Both the position numbers and the translations under genes were made by a program. The notes under the pieces were generated by a model. That model worked only from the letters and a program-made list of their open reading frames with translations, was not told the DNA's origin and did not search any database. Positions 11,840 to 24,305 of a stretch of 64,000 bases of DNA are shown here, piece by piece (within the stretch, counting starts at the first letter, position 1; each line of letters starts with the position of its first letter). The stretch is from Tubulanus polymorphus (taxonomy: Eukaryota; Animalia; Nemertea), in the NCBI RefSeq assembly GCF_964204645.1, contig NC_134025.1:25586299-25650298 (forward strand), given 5' to 3'.

Positions 11840-14800
11840 ATGGCCGATGATTCTTGTTCGAAAGCGGAAGAAAGAAGGCAAGTAATAAATTGAACCCTTT
11901 AACTGCAGTTTTATTTATAGATATTGCATTATATACACTCAGCCAATGGGCTGATCAGATCAGATAAGATAATGTTTATTTTATCAAAAGAATCGTTAGT
12001 ACAAAGTATTCAATTGAAGTAACATTGTATAGATACTTTATTGAGATCCTACATACTTAAATAAAAGGTATTCATAGGTGCTGTGTCAATATTTTAGTTA
12101 GGAATGGTTTCAAATAGTTCCTAAATGTTAATCTAATAGATGATAACATTTTTAGATATAGTCATTGCATGTGAGTTTAAAATAGAAAGTGCCTTGATCT
12201 ACCGGTATCGGTAATGCAAAATAATGCGTAATATTGTATATCAGTGACTGGTTATCTTATTATACATAAGGAGTTATCATATTACACGTATATAGGATCC
12301 TAGATCATAGGATACATAAAATGTCAGATGAATACATACAAACTCGAGAATACATTGTTTTATGAAATGCAAGACAGCGCACCACCCTTTTTACAGCCAT
12401 GCTCATTTTCATAGGTCACTTCGACTTTGACATCGTTTTTCTTGTACGCCGATCCATTTCCCATTCCTTCTTTATGGAGAGAGTTTGTTAACCGTGGAAA
12501 TCTTCGAACTGATCTGAATACGGGAACCGATGAACTGGTATCATTCAGCAACCCGACTGTTCTGTAGATTTCCAATGGCATTCGCATAATCATCCATTTA
12601 TTCGGCAAACAAATGTTCACTTTTAAGTTGTAGCCGATATTGATCAAGTTCGGTAGTTCCGCGTAAGTAGGAACTAAGGTTACCGGCGTAAGGAACAGTA
12701 TGTTCCACGTCGCGATTTCCTTAGATATTTCTAGTCTTTTTACGTCGTGATGCAGTTCGTGTACTACCTTTGAGTTTTTAAATCCAGAATTCGGCACGGT
12801 AACTGTCTGTACGAGTTCCAAGTTGATTTCCTGCACGTTCTTCGCGTAATCCTTATCGCAATCAATACTGATTTGGATTTCCTTCCCGGCATGGACAACG
12901 TTATTGCTTACTTCGAGGAAAATTGCCGGCGTATCTTTTTTGCTTTTTTTATTCAAGTATTCGGTATGAGACAGCGGTAGCGGGTTCGTATCGATCTCTT
13001 TCGGATTGACAACTTTGAACGCGCTCGCAATTACTTTGATCGGCTTCGCCACGACTATATACCCGCTACGACCTTTCGCGATGGAATTACCTTTGATGAC
13101 AGTGTCGTCGTACACTATCGCTTGCGCCACGTACGACACGTCTAGTTTATACATCGATGTTTTGACGACGTCTTCGCTGAGAATCGACGCCGGAATATCC
13201 GACGGTAGTTTATATTTAAACCGGCTGACGTACTGACCGGGGTTTATCATCGTCGCTCGGTTATCTCCGTGTCCGAGTATTCGATTCTTTTTCGTCAGGT
13301 AGCACTCTTTTTTCCGATGATTTACGAAGCCTTCTTTGCTCACGGTCACCGACCCGAAGCCGGTTATTTTGAATTCGACTCCGCGAACCGCGATCGGAAA
13401 CTGCACGTCTAAGATCACCTTTCCGCTGATCTCGTCACCCGGTTGGTAGCTGTTTTCGATCGGTTGATCGAATTTGATCGCGAAATAACTGATCGCGTTC
13501 GCTTTATTCGGTGGTTTATACGTCGAGACGACTCGTTTTCCGGATAGTTTCGAATCAACATAGACTGCCTTGCCTTCGTACCCGGGAATGTAAATGTAGC
13601 TTCCTTGTAGAATTGTTGAATGTCTATTGGGGACGTTTTGCGAATGACGCCAACTATGACTCGAGTGCATCTCGGATTCGCTAGTTTCCGCCCTTTTTCT
13701 ACCCATGCTGCTGCTTTTATTTGTGAACCCGTCTGTGTTTTTTGGATTGTTCTCCATTGTACCATTGCCTTCATCATTGCTTTTATAAAGTCGTCTAGTT
13801 CTGCCTGCGTCCGTCGAGTTCAAGCGGTGTTCCTCCCTGCCTCCTTTCTTGTTCGATAGAGATCGGATTTTTTTCTTGGCTGATCCGTGTGAAAAACCTC
13901 CTGATCCCGAGGATAGATAGGTTGCCTGTGGCTCATTCATCCCAACTGAAACATGCACCATAAGATTTAGACTAAAAATGTCTGAAGTGAAATCCAGGAA
14001 TAAAGGCAAACCTTCTATTACACATATGCTGGTCTCTGCTGAACTATATTCGTAAATATCATTTGAAACTTACGTAAATGGCTGGTCAAAAGCTAACGGC
14101 AAAAGTATTGATGATGATTCAACATAAATCATGGACGTTTTGCCGGTTAAAGTCCTAGTTTCTTGTGCCCGTTGCTAGAAAGAATTCATGTACGAATTCT
14201 TGAAAGTAACGTCGCTCGAAGGAATATACATATTTTTCATTGATTCATCTTGTCAAAGACTCTTTATTCAGAAATTTTGAATGTTTTTAATGCGAGTTAT
14301 TTATGCATATTGGTTTGATATTAGTCGGTTGTAATACTTGAATAATGAACAGAATGGGAAAAACTGGTTTTTCGTGCGCTCTCTCGTATATTTGGGTCAG
14401 AAAAGTTTAATTCCAGACAGAATAGGTGTTGACACAAAATTACAGCTCTATATCATTATCACTACCTTTCAAAGCGTTGTAGATTTGAATTTCTATGATT
14501 GAATTGATTGTTAAATTTTTCAATTGAAAATTCATCATATATCATCTATACCAGTACATAAACATGTATATAGATGTACATATACTATATACAGTACTTG
14601 TCTACTTCCTAGCCAATTTCATTTGGTTTATCATGAATCTTAGCGGCAATTTTTCTTCCTTATTAGCTGATATTATTAGATATACCAACTACCATGAAGA
14701 AGTTAGAGATTTAGACCGAATTCACGGAAAAAATGTTTTTATCGGCGTATTGTGTGAATAACTGTTTACGCGATATTTACCAAACACCCACATTTCCTCT

Positions 14801-17800
14801 TAACCCACTGTATTGATATCGGTGGTTCTAAAACATAGATAATGGCTATTTTTGATATGAAAAATAAAACGTTGAACCTACAGTGAGTGACTGAATAAAG
14901 ATTACAAGGATGTAGCTAGAATTCCAAATGTCAATGTTTTTCTATTGTCAGTGATGAAGATGAAAAAGAAGGCAGCGTTTATTTCTGGACAAGTCACAAT
15001 GATGTGAAACTGTCGACTACTAGTATATTCAATAAACGTCCCATACTGAAGGTTTCTATGGGATTGAGTCATTCTAGTTTTTTGACAGTCGATCGACAAG
15101 TATTCTGTTCAGGATCGAACAGTCACGGGCAACTTGGTTTAGGTGTCCGTGAAGATACTCATCGTATGAAACCTGTTTTGGTTGATTCATTAAAAGGTGA
15201 GCGGCCTTGACCAATTTTTTTCAATCTTTCCCATCTTTAACGTATGGTAATTCATAAAATGAAACTATTTTCTAGATTTGGAAATCAGTGATATTTGTTG
15301 CGGGCGTTTACATACAGCCGCCGTAAGCAAGAAAAATGGCGGAATTTATTGTTGGGGTTGTTCGGAAGATGGCCAGTGTGCGCTCGGAGAACCCGCTAAT
15401 GTTAACTCGCCGACCTTGGTACAGATTCCGACCAAACAGTCAACAACGGAAACGAGTTGCATTTACAAACATTTCCGTTACCCGCCTTTCAAACAGGTAT
15501 CCTGTGGTGACACGCATACGTTAGGGGTTAACGTTTCCGGTGAGGTATGGTCGTGGGGCTCCGGAAGCCAGTTGGGTTTGACGAAAATCAAAGTAACTCA
15601 CGTTCCGAAAAAGATCGAATATTTGTCCGGGTATAAAGTGTTGTCCGTAGCCGCCGGCGCCGAACACAGTTTGGCGCTCGTGCGTAAGAATGTGCAAACT
15701 AAAAAACGCCGAAAAGACAGTTTCAAGAAAACCGTCTGCCCGAAATGTAACAGTGATATTTACACGTTCGTCGATATCAACGACGAATGTATTATATCGG
15801 ATGAACACAAGTGTCCGCTCGGTTGTGAAATAGATGATTCCAGTGCAAGCGGGGGTTCTCTTAGTCGCGATCTATCTCCCGATTGTAGCAATAACGAAAC
15901 ATTTGCTCAATTTCACAGTAACTCCTTCGACACGGGTGCTAATGTCGACAATTCCGCCGATAGCGCGAAAAATGACGATAACGCGCGATCGAGATGTGAT
16001 CCTACCGCGAAGACCGGAAAACGACCGGAAAATTTAGACCGCGATATGAAAGACGTCGTACAATTACGCGATAAAAAGGTGCGTAACCTGAGTATACCGC
16101 ATAAAATGTCATTTGTTAACGTGTCCGAAGCGAGGAATTTTTTAGATAAGCAACTTTCGTGTAAGTTCGTGCCTGGTTCGCCGAGACTGGAGCGTCGACC
16201 TAGTAACGTATTGCGCCAAACTCTCGATACGCTCTGGACTAACGTCAAACAGCCGACGGTCATGGTCAACAACGTCTCGGCGGCTACGGCGAAGGTAGTT
16301 TCGAATATACGTACGTCGATGGACAAGTACGGTATCAGTCTAGGCATGGCGGATCTGGAAACTGTGTCGAAGTCTTCGAGTAGTCAGGAATCGTTAGAAC
16401 AACCTTCGATCACCTGCAGTTCGCCAGATGCCGATGAGGACGCTTCGTCGGTGAATACGTACTCGCTAGATCTATCGTTGAAAGATAATGACGACACCGA
16501 CGTCGATGCTGACCTGAAATCGGACAAAGAAGGTTCACCGTTAATCGACCCATTCTTGAATTTCCCTAAACTGACCGATAAAGTCGGCACTTCATATGAT
16601 AACTCGCCGGTTGAAAGTCGCAAGCAAAGTGAAAGTCGATTAAGCGAAGAGGTCATTGAGAAAATGTCCAGCGATGATGAGGTATCTCGGACGATTGTGG
16701 CTGAACAACCACCACTAGTTACCAATACGGTTGAGACATCATTCATGACTAATATCCTTGAAGCTTCGATGTCTATAATTCAAACGAACAAAGATGATGT
16801 GTGTACTACTGAAACTCCGCAAAGAAAAGTGTCACTAAAAACAGCTATGGAATTTAAGCAAATTTTGGCTGAAACGTCAAGGGAGGAAAATGGTAGGTCT
16901 ATTTGTTTGTCTTTTTACACAATTCTTACTGGTATTGCGTAGACATTATAGATTTAAATTTGAATATTTCAGACTCCATTGATCTAAGTTCATTTAACAC
17001 AGAGGTATGGAGCTGGGGTACAGGAAAGCATGGTCAGTTAGGTCATGGTGATCAACTTGATCGCCCTCAACCGTGCTGTATTAAAATGCTCGGAAACCGC
17101 CACGTAACGAAGATAGCTGCCGGATCTAAACATTCTTTAGCTTTGACAGCAACATCCAAGGTAATTATTGCAAAGTTGATTAAATGTTCATTAAATGTTT
17201 TCTTATGTTTCTTAACTATTGTATTTTCTTTTCTAATTTCATTATCAGACATTTGCCTGGGGCGATAATAAAGCTGGACAGCTAGGTCACAAAGACTCGA
17301 TGTCGGTAAGTCCCTGGAAAGTGAATTTGCCAAAAAAGTCACTGGTATGGAATGTTGAAGCAGGTCCAACCGAATCTGTATATAGTTGTTATACGAGCAG
17401 TTACCAGCCAGATGTCTACTATACGGGATTGAAACAAAGGTGAGTTCTTATTCCAACTTATTTCAACTGCACATACCCTCGAAACAGTATCTTGAAATTA
17501 TGGAAATGATGTTTGCTTTCAGCTCAGAGAGTCAGGGTCCAAAAAAGATATCCGGGTTGAAAAAGGTATGTGTCAGGAAATGAAACTTTAGATTTAAGTA
17601 TCAAATCTATGTAATTTTTCAACTGGATGATTATTTTACTTTCAGCTTGGCTATATCAAACAACTCTCCATCGGAAATGAATTTTGTGCCTGTATCTTAG
17701 ATGTCAGTTCAACTTCTAAAACTGCTGTCTATCACGAATTTGCTGCATCCGAGCGTAACTTCTATAATCAGCTGGAAAAAATTTTGTGTTCCGTCATTAA

Positions 17801-20800
17801 ACCACTCAAAAACATAGGTAAAATGTGTGATGATACAGTGTACATGTACTTCGAAAAATTAGAATTTAGTAGGAATGTTTGTCATGAATCTATTTTCCTA
17901 ATTGTAGAAAACTACAGCTCCATTGAGAAAACAAGTGATGGTACTGTTTTAACAAAACTGTTTGATAATTTTGAGAAAGTGACTTATATGGTAAGTAAAC
18001 CTTTCTTATATACATGTGAAGGGTGTTCATCTAATTGAATAGCATTGTAGTTTTTTAATTCATCTTATCTCAGGTTGGGCTCAATATCGACGATCTAACG
18101 GCATGCGTTCAAGGTGCTATTTTACCTGAGAAGATAAATCTAGTCGCAGCTCATCAAAATGTCGTCTCATTATTCAAAGAGTTCTCTCATGTGTTCGGTG
18201 ATTGTTTGGCAATGGGTGCTTTTGAAATTCTTGCAAAAACTACCGGGTAAATAGAGAATTTACATCTGCTCTGTATTTTCTGGTGGATGATTTGGGCCAA
18301 ATCAAGGTTCCTGGTGCGTAAAATTTTGGTTTTCTTGCTCAGAGAAAACAGAAATTCTCATCTAGAGAAAGCAACAAAAAATTCAGCGTGTAGGAAAGTT
18401 GTCCGCTTAAAAGGCCTTCATTTCATGTTGCATAAAGAACTGTTTTAATTATTGTCGTTGAAATCTTTGGGTAGATCGTTTTTGGAAAAGTTGGAAGACG
18501 TTTTCAAAGATCTGCTCGATGAAGGAAAGTATGATAGAACTGCAATGGGAGTGTCATTCCGACGTCTTATGCAAATTCCGCTGAGAAGGCTAGGTCATTA
18601 TAATCGTTTGCTGGCTAAAATTTCGACTAGGTTTCCAAAGGTTAGAATTCAAAGATGAAAATTGGTAGACTCAATTTGCTTTATACCTTGCCAAACCTGA
18701 GCAACTCGATTTCTCACGTATTTATAGGAAACTGATATTCACAATCTGCTGAGCAAAGCTAGTCTGTTATGGGATGCTCTTAAAGATGCAGCAAAGAAAG
18801 AGCACACTGCTGCTGAAACTACGAAGATATTTTGGGATGTCTGTCCATCTAAATATAAGGTAGCAGTATATGAATATGTTTTGCATCACAAGAAATTATG
18901 TCAGTGTGAAATATGCATTCAAAATATGATGTTTTGAATATGAATTTCATTTCCATAGGATTCTTTACGGTGCCCTGGAAGGCGTCTTCTGAAGGACAGC
19001 AAGAATTCTCCACTCACATTACATAATGCTGGCAGATTCGCTATGCATTATTTCTTTCTGTTCAGTGATATCTTTGTCCATGCTCAGGTAATATATTTCA
19101 TATGTCTTTCCCGCCGTAACTCTACTTCATACAGTCTATTGGATATCATTGTTGTGTTTCACTTTCAGTATTCTAGTCACCAAGTTTTGCCTCTTGCCAC
19201 TCTATGGACTGAACCATTACCAGAATCTGATAGTCGCAAGTATGTTTGGATTAGCTGTCTGTATATTACTAGCGAACCTTGAAGAATATAGATTTATTAT
19301 TTGTTTTCGATTATGATTTTTCTAGGAATGCAATCTGTCTAAAGTCACCAGAAGAACGACTTATATTACTGGCTCCATCTGCTACGGAAAAGGTAATACC
19401 ACCACCCCTGTTAATACATGGTGGGATGATTCCTGTTTGATCAAACCATTTTACCTCATTTATAGGCAGATTGGTTGAAAGCTATAAACCTTGCAGTATT
19501 AAAAGTAGTTTTAAATCAGAAAGGATACACAGCACTTACTGAAAGCAGTAATCCTACTCCTCCACTAAATAGAAATGCTGAGCACACATTCTATAAACCG
19601 GGACCATTGAAAAATGCCACTTACACTGGCAGTTGGCTGCTGGGTATGCCTCACGGCGGGTAAATATTGCTTTGATAAGTTAACATTTATTAACTCATCT
19701 AGTTCGATAGGTAGAAATTTTTCTTAATTTTGCAGAGGTAAAATATCATTTGTTGATGGGCGAAATTATACTGGTAGATTCAAACATGGCTCTCCACATG
19801 GGTAGGTTCATCTCCAACTGAACTGAATGGTACGTTATAACTCCATATACATGTACTTAGATTTTTGATTAATTTTGTGCAATTTCAGTTCTGGAACATT
19901 CATTACTCCGAAAAAAGGTGCTCTTGAAGTTTACGATGGAACTATGAAAGATGGAAAAATGCATGGCTTCGGAAGTATTAGGTAGTATGCGCTTTATAAT
20001 AGACATTGTTATGTCCCCTTAGAGACATCTGTTGAGATAAATGCATCATTATCTGATACGTCTTCTAGATACTGGGATAGCAGCACATATGATGGATACT
20101 TCAAGAATGGACTACGTTGTGGCCATGGGATTTTTCGCCAAGGAAACCTGAAAGGCTCGGATAGTGCATCCATTTATATAGGTGAATGGAGTAATGATAA
20201 GTTCAATGGTTATGGTGTTCAGGACAACATACAAAAAGGTAATACTGATAAACTATTCGGGAAACATGGCATCCAGAAGTGCTGTCGATGCTATAAAAAC
20301 GGCATCTTGATCATTATTCAGGTGAAAAATACATGGGACTGTGGTTAGATGGGAACCGGCATGGTGGTGGAGTTATAGTTACACTTGATGGAATGTACTA
20401 TGAAGGAAACTTTGTAAACAACAAATTATGTGTATGTATAATCATCATGCAGACTACAACCAGATCATGTACTTACTTTCTACCGCAACATATGAAAAAT
20501 AATGATTGCTTATTCTTTCTATTAGGGGTATGGAATCATGCTTACGGATGATAACTCTTGTTATGAAGGCGAATTTCAAGCTGGAACTCAGCTCGTTGGT
20601 AAAGTGAGTATTTTCTGACATTTGACTGAATCCTATAAATATATATATAACCCATTGACCTGTATTGAATTTAACATCATACTTTCAGGGTAGTCTGAAA
20701 TTCTCTAATGGCCTCGTATTGGATGGTAGTTTCTCGGGAACTTGGCCGGATGCTTTAAAGTTCAATGGAAATGTGAAGATGACAAGCTCTCTGAATGAAC

Positions 20801-22852
20801 CAAGAGGATTCAGTCATATGCCTGATCTTGTTCCTAGGTAAATTATTAGGTCTTCTAAAAAGATCAGTCGTATAAATATGCACGATCTAAGGATAAAATT
20901 TCATTTACTGGTAACCGTTTTCAGCTATTTTGGAAAAATCGCTGTGCCTCCTGAACAGAAATGGTCTCACATTATCAAGCATTGTCAAGCTATGCTTGGA
21001 TGTCAGCCATCTGAAAAGCCAGATACTACCAAAGCATGGGAAGTTGTGGCAGTGATGTTAGCAGCTGGTAGGAAAACAAGTCGAGAAGAAAAAGAAACAC
21101 CAATAACGCCGATAAGGTACTGGACAAAGTGAATATGAATGCTTGGTTTTACGATTTCCTTGGTAGAGTTTCCTTTCTAATTTTTACTATTGGTATGTAT
21201 TCTAGGCTTTCTGCCAGAAGTCGGTCCCATTCATTAAGCTTGAGTGATGATTTAGAAAAGATACCTCCCCATAATCTTGGAATACTGACCACTGAATATT
21301 ACCAACAAATCTTGCAATACCTTGGAAAGGTAATATTATGAGATTTAAAGCAATTTTAGTAAGCTTCTGTTATCTATACATTGTGATATATATTTTCTGT
21401 AGGCATTCAATGCTCCATGCCATCCACTCGGGAAACTGATGGGCAGTCTTGTCGACGTTTTTCGAGCAACTTATGTCGGTATCGGATCTCATCCTCGTTT
21501 ACTTCACCACGCTGTTTTAGAGGTGAAATCATACATTCTACGCATGTACCAAGTTGTCAGGTAAGTAAATCTCAGAAGACACAATTTCTACCAACAACTG
21601 AAACTTTCTGTTTGCTTATCAACTGTATGATTTTAGGATACTTTTTCCTGATCTTCCGACTGATGTTTTCCCAGTTCAGATCTATCCTGAAGGTTTTGAA
21701 CATGTTGAAACTCCTGAAGATGAATTGCGTCTGATTTGTGATGAGGAAGAAATTGGCTGGTAGGTTCTGCTGTGTATTGTATATAGTTTTGTACCTTGAC
21801 GGCCTTAATTGCTCAACGAATTAAAGAATAGAAAGATTTCAAATTCGTTTTCAAGCTGCTTTGTTCTAATCGATTTACTGTATTCTTGTTTGTGGAGCTT
21901 GATTTTGCGGCTGGAAAGGAACTATATTTTCATTATTTTCTATCAATTAGTGAGGTGATCTCGGCTACTGGTATGCTCTACACATTTCTATTACCAAAAA
22001 TATACCCTTCACTGTTCACATTGTATGCTTTGTACAATGAGAAAGAAGATGAACGTTATTGGGAGCGAGTTCAGAGATTGAATAAACAGTCAGATGTAGC
22101 TTTATTGTCCTATCTCGGTGTTGACGAGTAAGTACATGATCAAAAGATAATTCTTTTTAAATCAACCGAATAATTTCTTCGGATAAATGTTGTTATTTGT
22201 TTTTGTGTTCATTGAAGGAAATTTTGGGAAGTAAGCGATGACATCTTCAGTACGAGATCAAGAGTTTCAATGGTTAGGGAACAAGTTTATAAATACGCTG
22301 TTGAATATCTTCAGCAATTAAGGTATGGTTTTTGATTGTTGAAAGTTGGCAGTTAGATGCCACTCCATGAAAACCTGGCTGAATACACTTGTTGATTTCA
22401 TTACAGCACAGCGTTTTGCCCCGCAGAAAAACTAGAAACCATAAGGAATACTTTTAACGCATTGAATGATGTAAGTTTCATAGTTTTAATCATGATTATG
22501 TCTGAATCCCCGAATTTTTCATTTATGAATCTTGTTTAACTTTCCAGGCGGCAAAAAAAGCGATTAGTGAAGATTTTCTGTGGTGTATGGATGAATTATT
22601 CCCAGTCTTCCAGTACGTCGTCGTACGAGCGAGAATTCCACACCTCGGTGCAGAAATTCATTTTATCGATGATCTCATGGACAGCCATCTTGAACTCGGT
22701 GAACTGGGCATAATGTTTACAACGCTCAAGGTGCGGATCATTGACCACGGAGATATTTCGAATCTCACTATTTAGAATCTGAGATAATAATGTTTTTTGA
22801 TCTGTTTCAGGCAAGCTACTTCCAAATACAGAATGAAAAGATTCTACTGTGA
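11840..22852 (+). CDS. ALS2: Alsin (RCC1-like, DH/PH, MORN, VPS9 Rab5 GEF), multi-exon
   Basis: RCC1 repeats ([38 protein letters not shown]), the alsin-like CPKC...[11 protein letters not shown] segment, DH/PH exons, MORN repeats ([14 protein letters not shown]), VPS9 motif [32 protein letters not shown], and C-terminus [13 protein letters not shown]. The short first coding exon 11840-11877 joins in frame to 14952. Confidence 0.95.
11878..14951 (+). other. GC-AG intron (3,074 nt) of ALS2 hosting a nested gene
   Basis: Donor AG|GCAAGT at 11877/11878 and acceptor ttgtcag|T at 14951. The phase-2 join gives ...[17 protein letters not shown] in the frame of the first RCC1 exon. Confidence 0.75.
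12360..13940 (-). CDS. Arrestin-domain (alpha-arrestin/ARRDC-like) protein, single coding exon, nested antisense in the ALS2 intron
   Basis: 526-aa ORF from the ATG at 13940, just after the acceptor tgtttcag at ~13946. Arrestin-N signature [25 protein letters not shown]...[29 protein letters not shown] and VSYVAQA; arrestin-C-like [13 protein letters not shown]...[12 protein letters not shown]...MPLEI. Confidence 0.8.
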   Translation of the reverse strand: MNEPQATYLSSGSGGFSHGSAKKKIRSLSNKKGGREEHRLNSTDAGRTRRLYKSNDEGNGTMENNPKNTDGFTNKSSSMGRKRAETSESEMHSSHSWRHSQNVPNRHSTILQGSYIYIPGYEGKAVYVDSKLSGKRVVSTYKPPNKANAISYFAIKFDQPIENSYQPGDEISGKVILDVQFPIAVRGVEFKITGFGSVTVSKEGFVNHRKKECYLTKKNRILGHGDNRATMINPGQYVSRFKYKLPSDIPASILSEDVVKTSMYKLDVSYVAQAIVYDDTVIKGNSIAKGRSGYIVVAKPIKVIASAFKVVNPKEIDTNPLPLSHTEYLNKKSKKDTPAIFLEVSNNVVHAGKEIQISIDCDKDYAKNVQEINLELVQTVTVPNSGFKNSKVVHELHHDVKRLEISKEIATWNILFLTPVTLVPTYAELPNLINIGYNLKVNICLPNKWMIMRMPLEIYRTVGLLNDTSSSVPVFRSVRRFPRLTNSLHKEGMGNGSAYKKNDVKVEVTYENEHGCKKGGALSCIS

Positions 22853-24305
22853 TAACCTCTTTTCGTCACAATATCCCATTGTAAAAAGAACTTTTGATAA
22901 ACTTTCATGTTAAAAGTCATTGTAACGTTTTTATGGGTACAATTTACTAGTTTTGATTGTGTCAATTATTTGTGTGAGATTCATTTAAACAGCTGAACAT
23001 GTATAAATGAATATATATATTTACTACGTTTAATGTTAACTCCTTATGAAATTATTGCGATTTCATGTTTGATTATTCACAAATTATTAGGTATCTGAGT
23101 TGTGCATTTTATTGACAGAGAATTTTCATATACATCGTCATGTGATGAATATAATATGATGTTTTAGTTTTAAACGATATATCCAGGAGCTTTCTTAGAA
23201 TTGTTACATCGATGATGGAAATTGTATTATCATTTACACGTGATCGGATTATTGAAGTGTATGAATAAATGGAATGGTTCTGATATGAAAAAAAACCTGC
23301 TACATCGATTTTGATTATGTTGATTGACAAATTAAACTTATTTTCTATGTTAAAAGGAGAGGAGATTTTGTAATAGGTTTCGTGCATATTTGAAATATGC
23401 TTCAATGCGGCCTATATGGTACATGAAGTAGTTGCAATTGAAATTGTTAATTCACAAGTGCCCAGTTCACTATGTGAATCTTTAAGATACACGATGATTT
23501 TTCTGCTTGTAAAGCCTAGAATCTTCTATCTGTCCAATAAGCTTTAATTCGGTGAAAATCTTGTTAGATACCGTACGGTATCTTTTGTCTTATGTCAAAT
23601 ATAAACCATAACGGTATTTGAACGGTATTATGGAACTACTTTAGTTCTTAATTTGTTACGTTGCAGAAATTGAACAGAGTATAATAAAGACGAATAAATT
23701 CTACACTTTTACTTCAAAAGTTATTTGTGTTCATTTCGTTTCCAAATATCGATACGCATGATTTTCATCTCTGTATGCTATTGTTCACTGGGCCAATTTA
23801 GCGATGCTGATACAGTCATGAACCTCTGCTATATCTACATAATAGCAAGCGCAGCGAGTCATCTCATTAATCAGTCTCACCGTCAAAAATTATCAATACG
23901 GATCATTAACACGATCAATAGAGTATAACAACCGATATAGACCATTTCTCTAACTTGCCTTGATATATGATGTGAGCAAGATCATTCATTTTACCACCTG
24001 GAATATTCTATCAACATGGCTTTGGAAATATTCGAGTAATACACAAAGGTATACACGAAGCAATTGCAATAAAAACGGTGTTTGACTATCAAGATACGGA
24101 AAATATAATCAACCGAATTGGATTACGCAAAAACCTAAAAGTATCGAGTAAAAGAATTTCAAATAGAAGTCTACACTTACGTAGTAAGACATTATACACG
24201 TATATGCTCGGTCTGGAAAGAAATTAGAAATTGTTTCAAAATACATGATTTCTCGGGTATAATATTAGCACTTTATAGGTTTATAGGTGAAACGCTGCAC
24301 GAGAT

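Noticed and set aside
12360-12374. Arrestin C-terminus SCIS as a CaaX box
   Set aside because: The cysteine is third from the end, not fourth.
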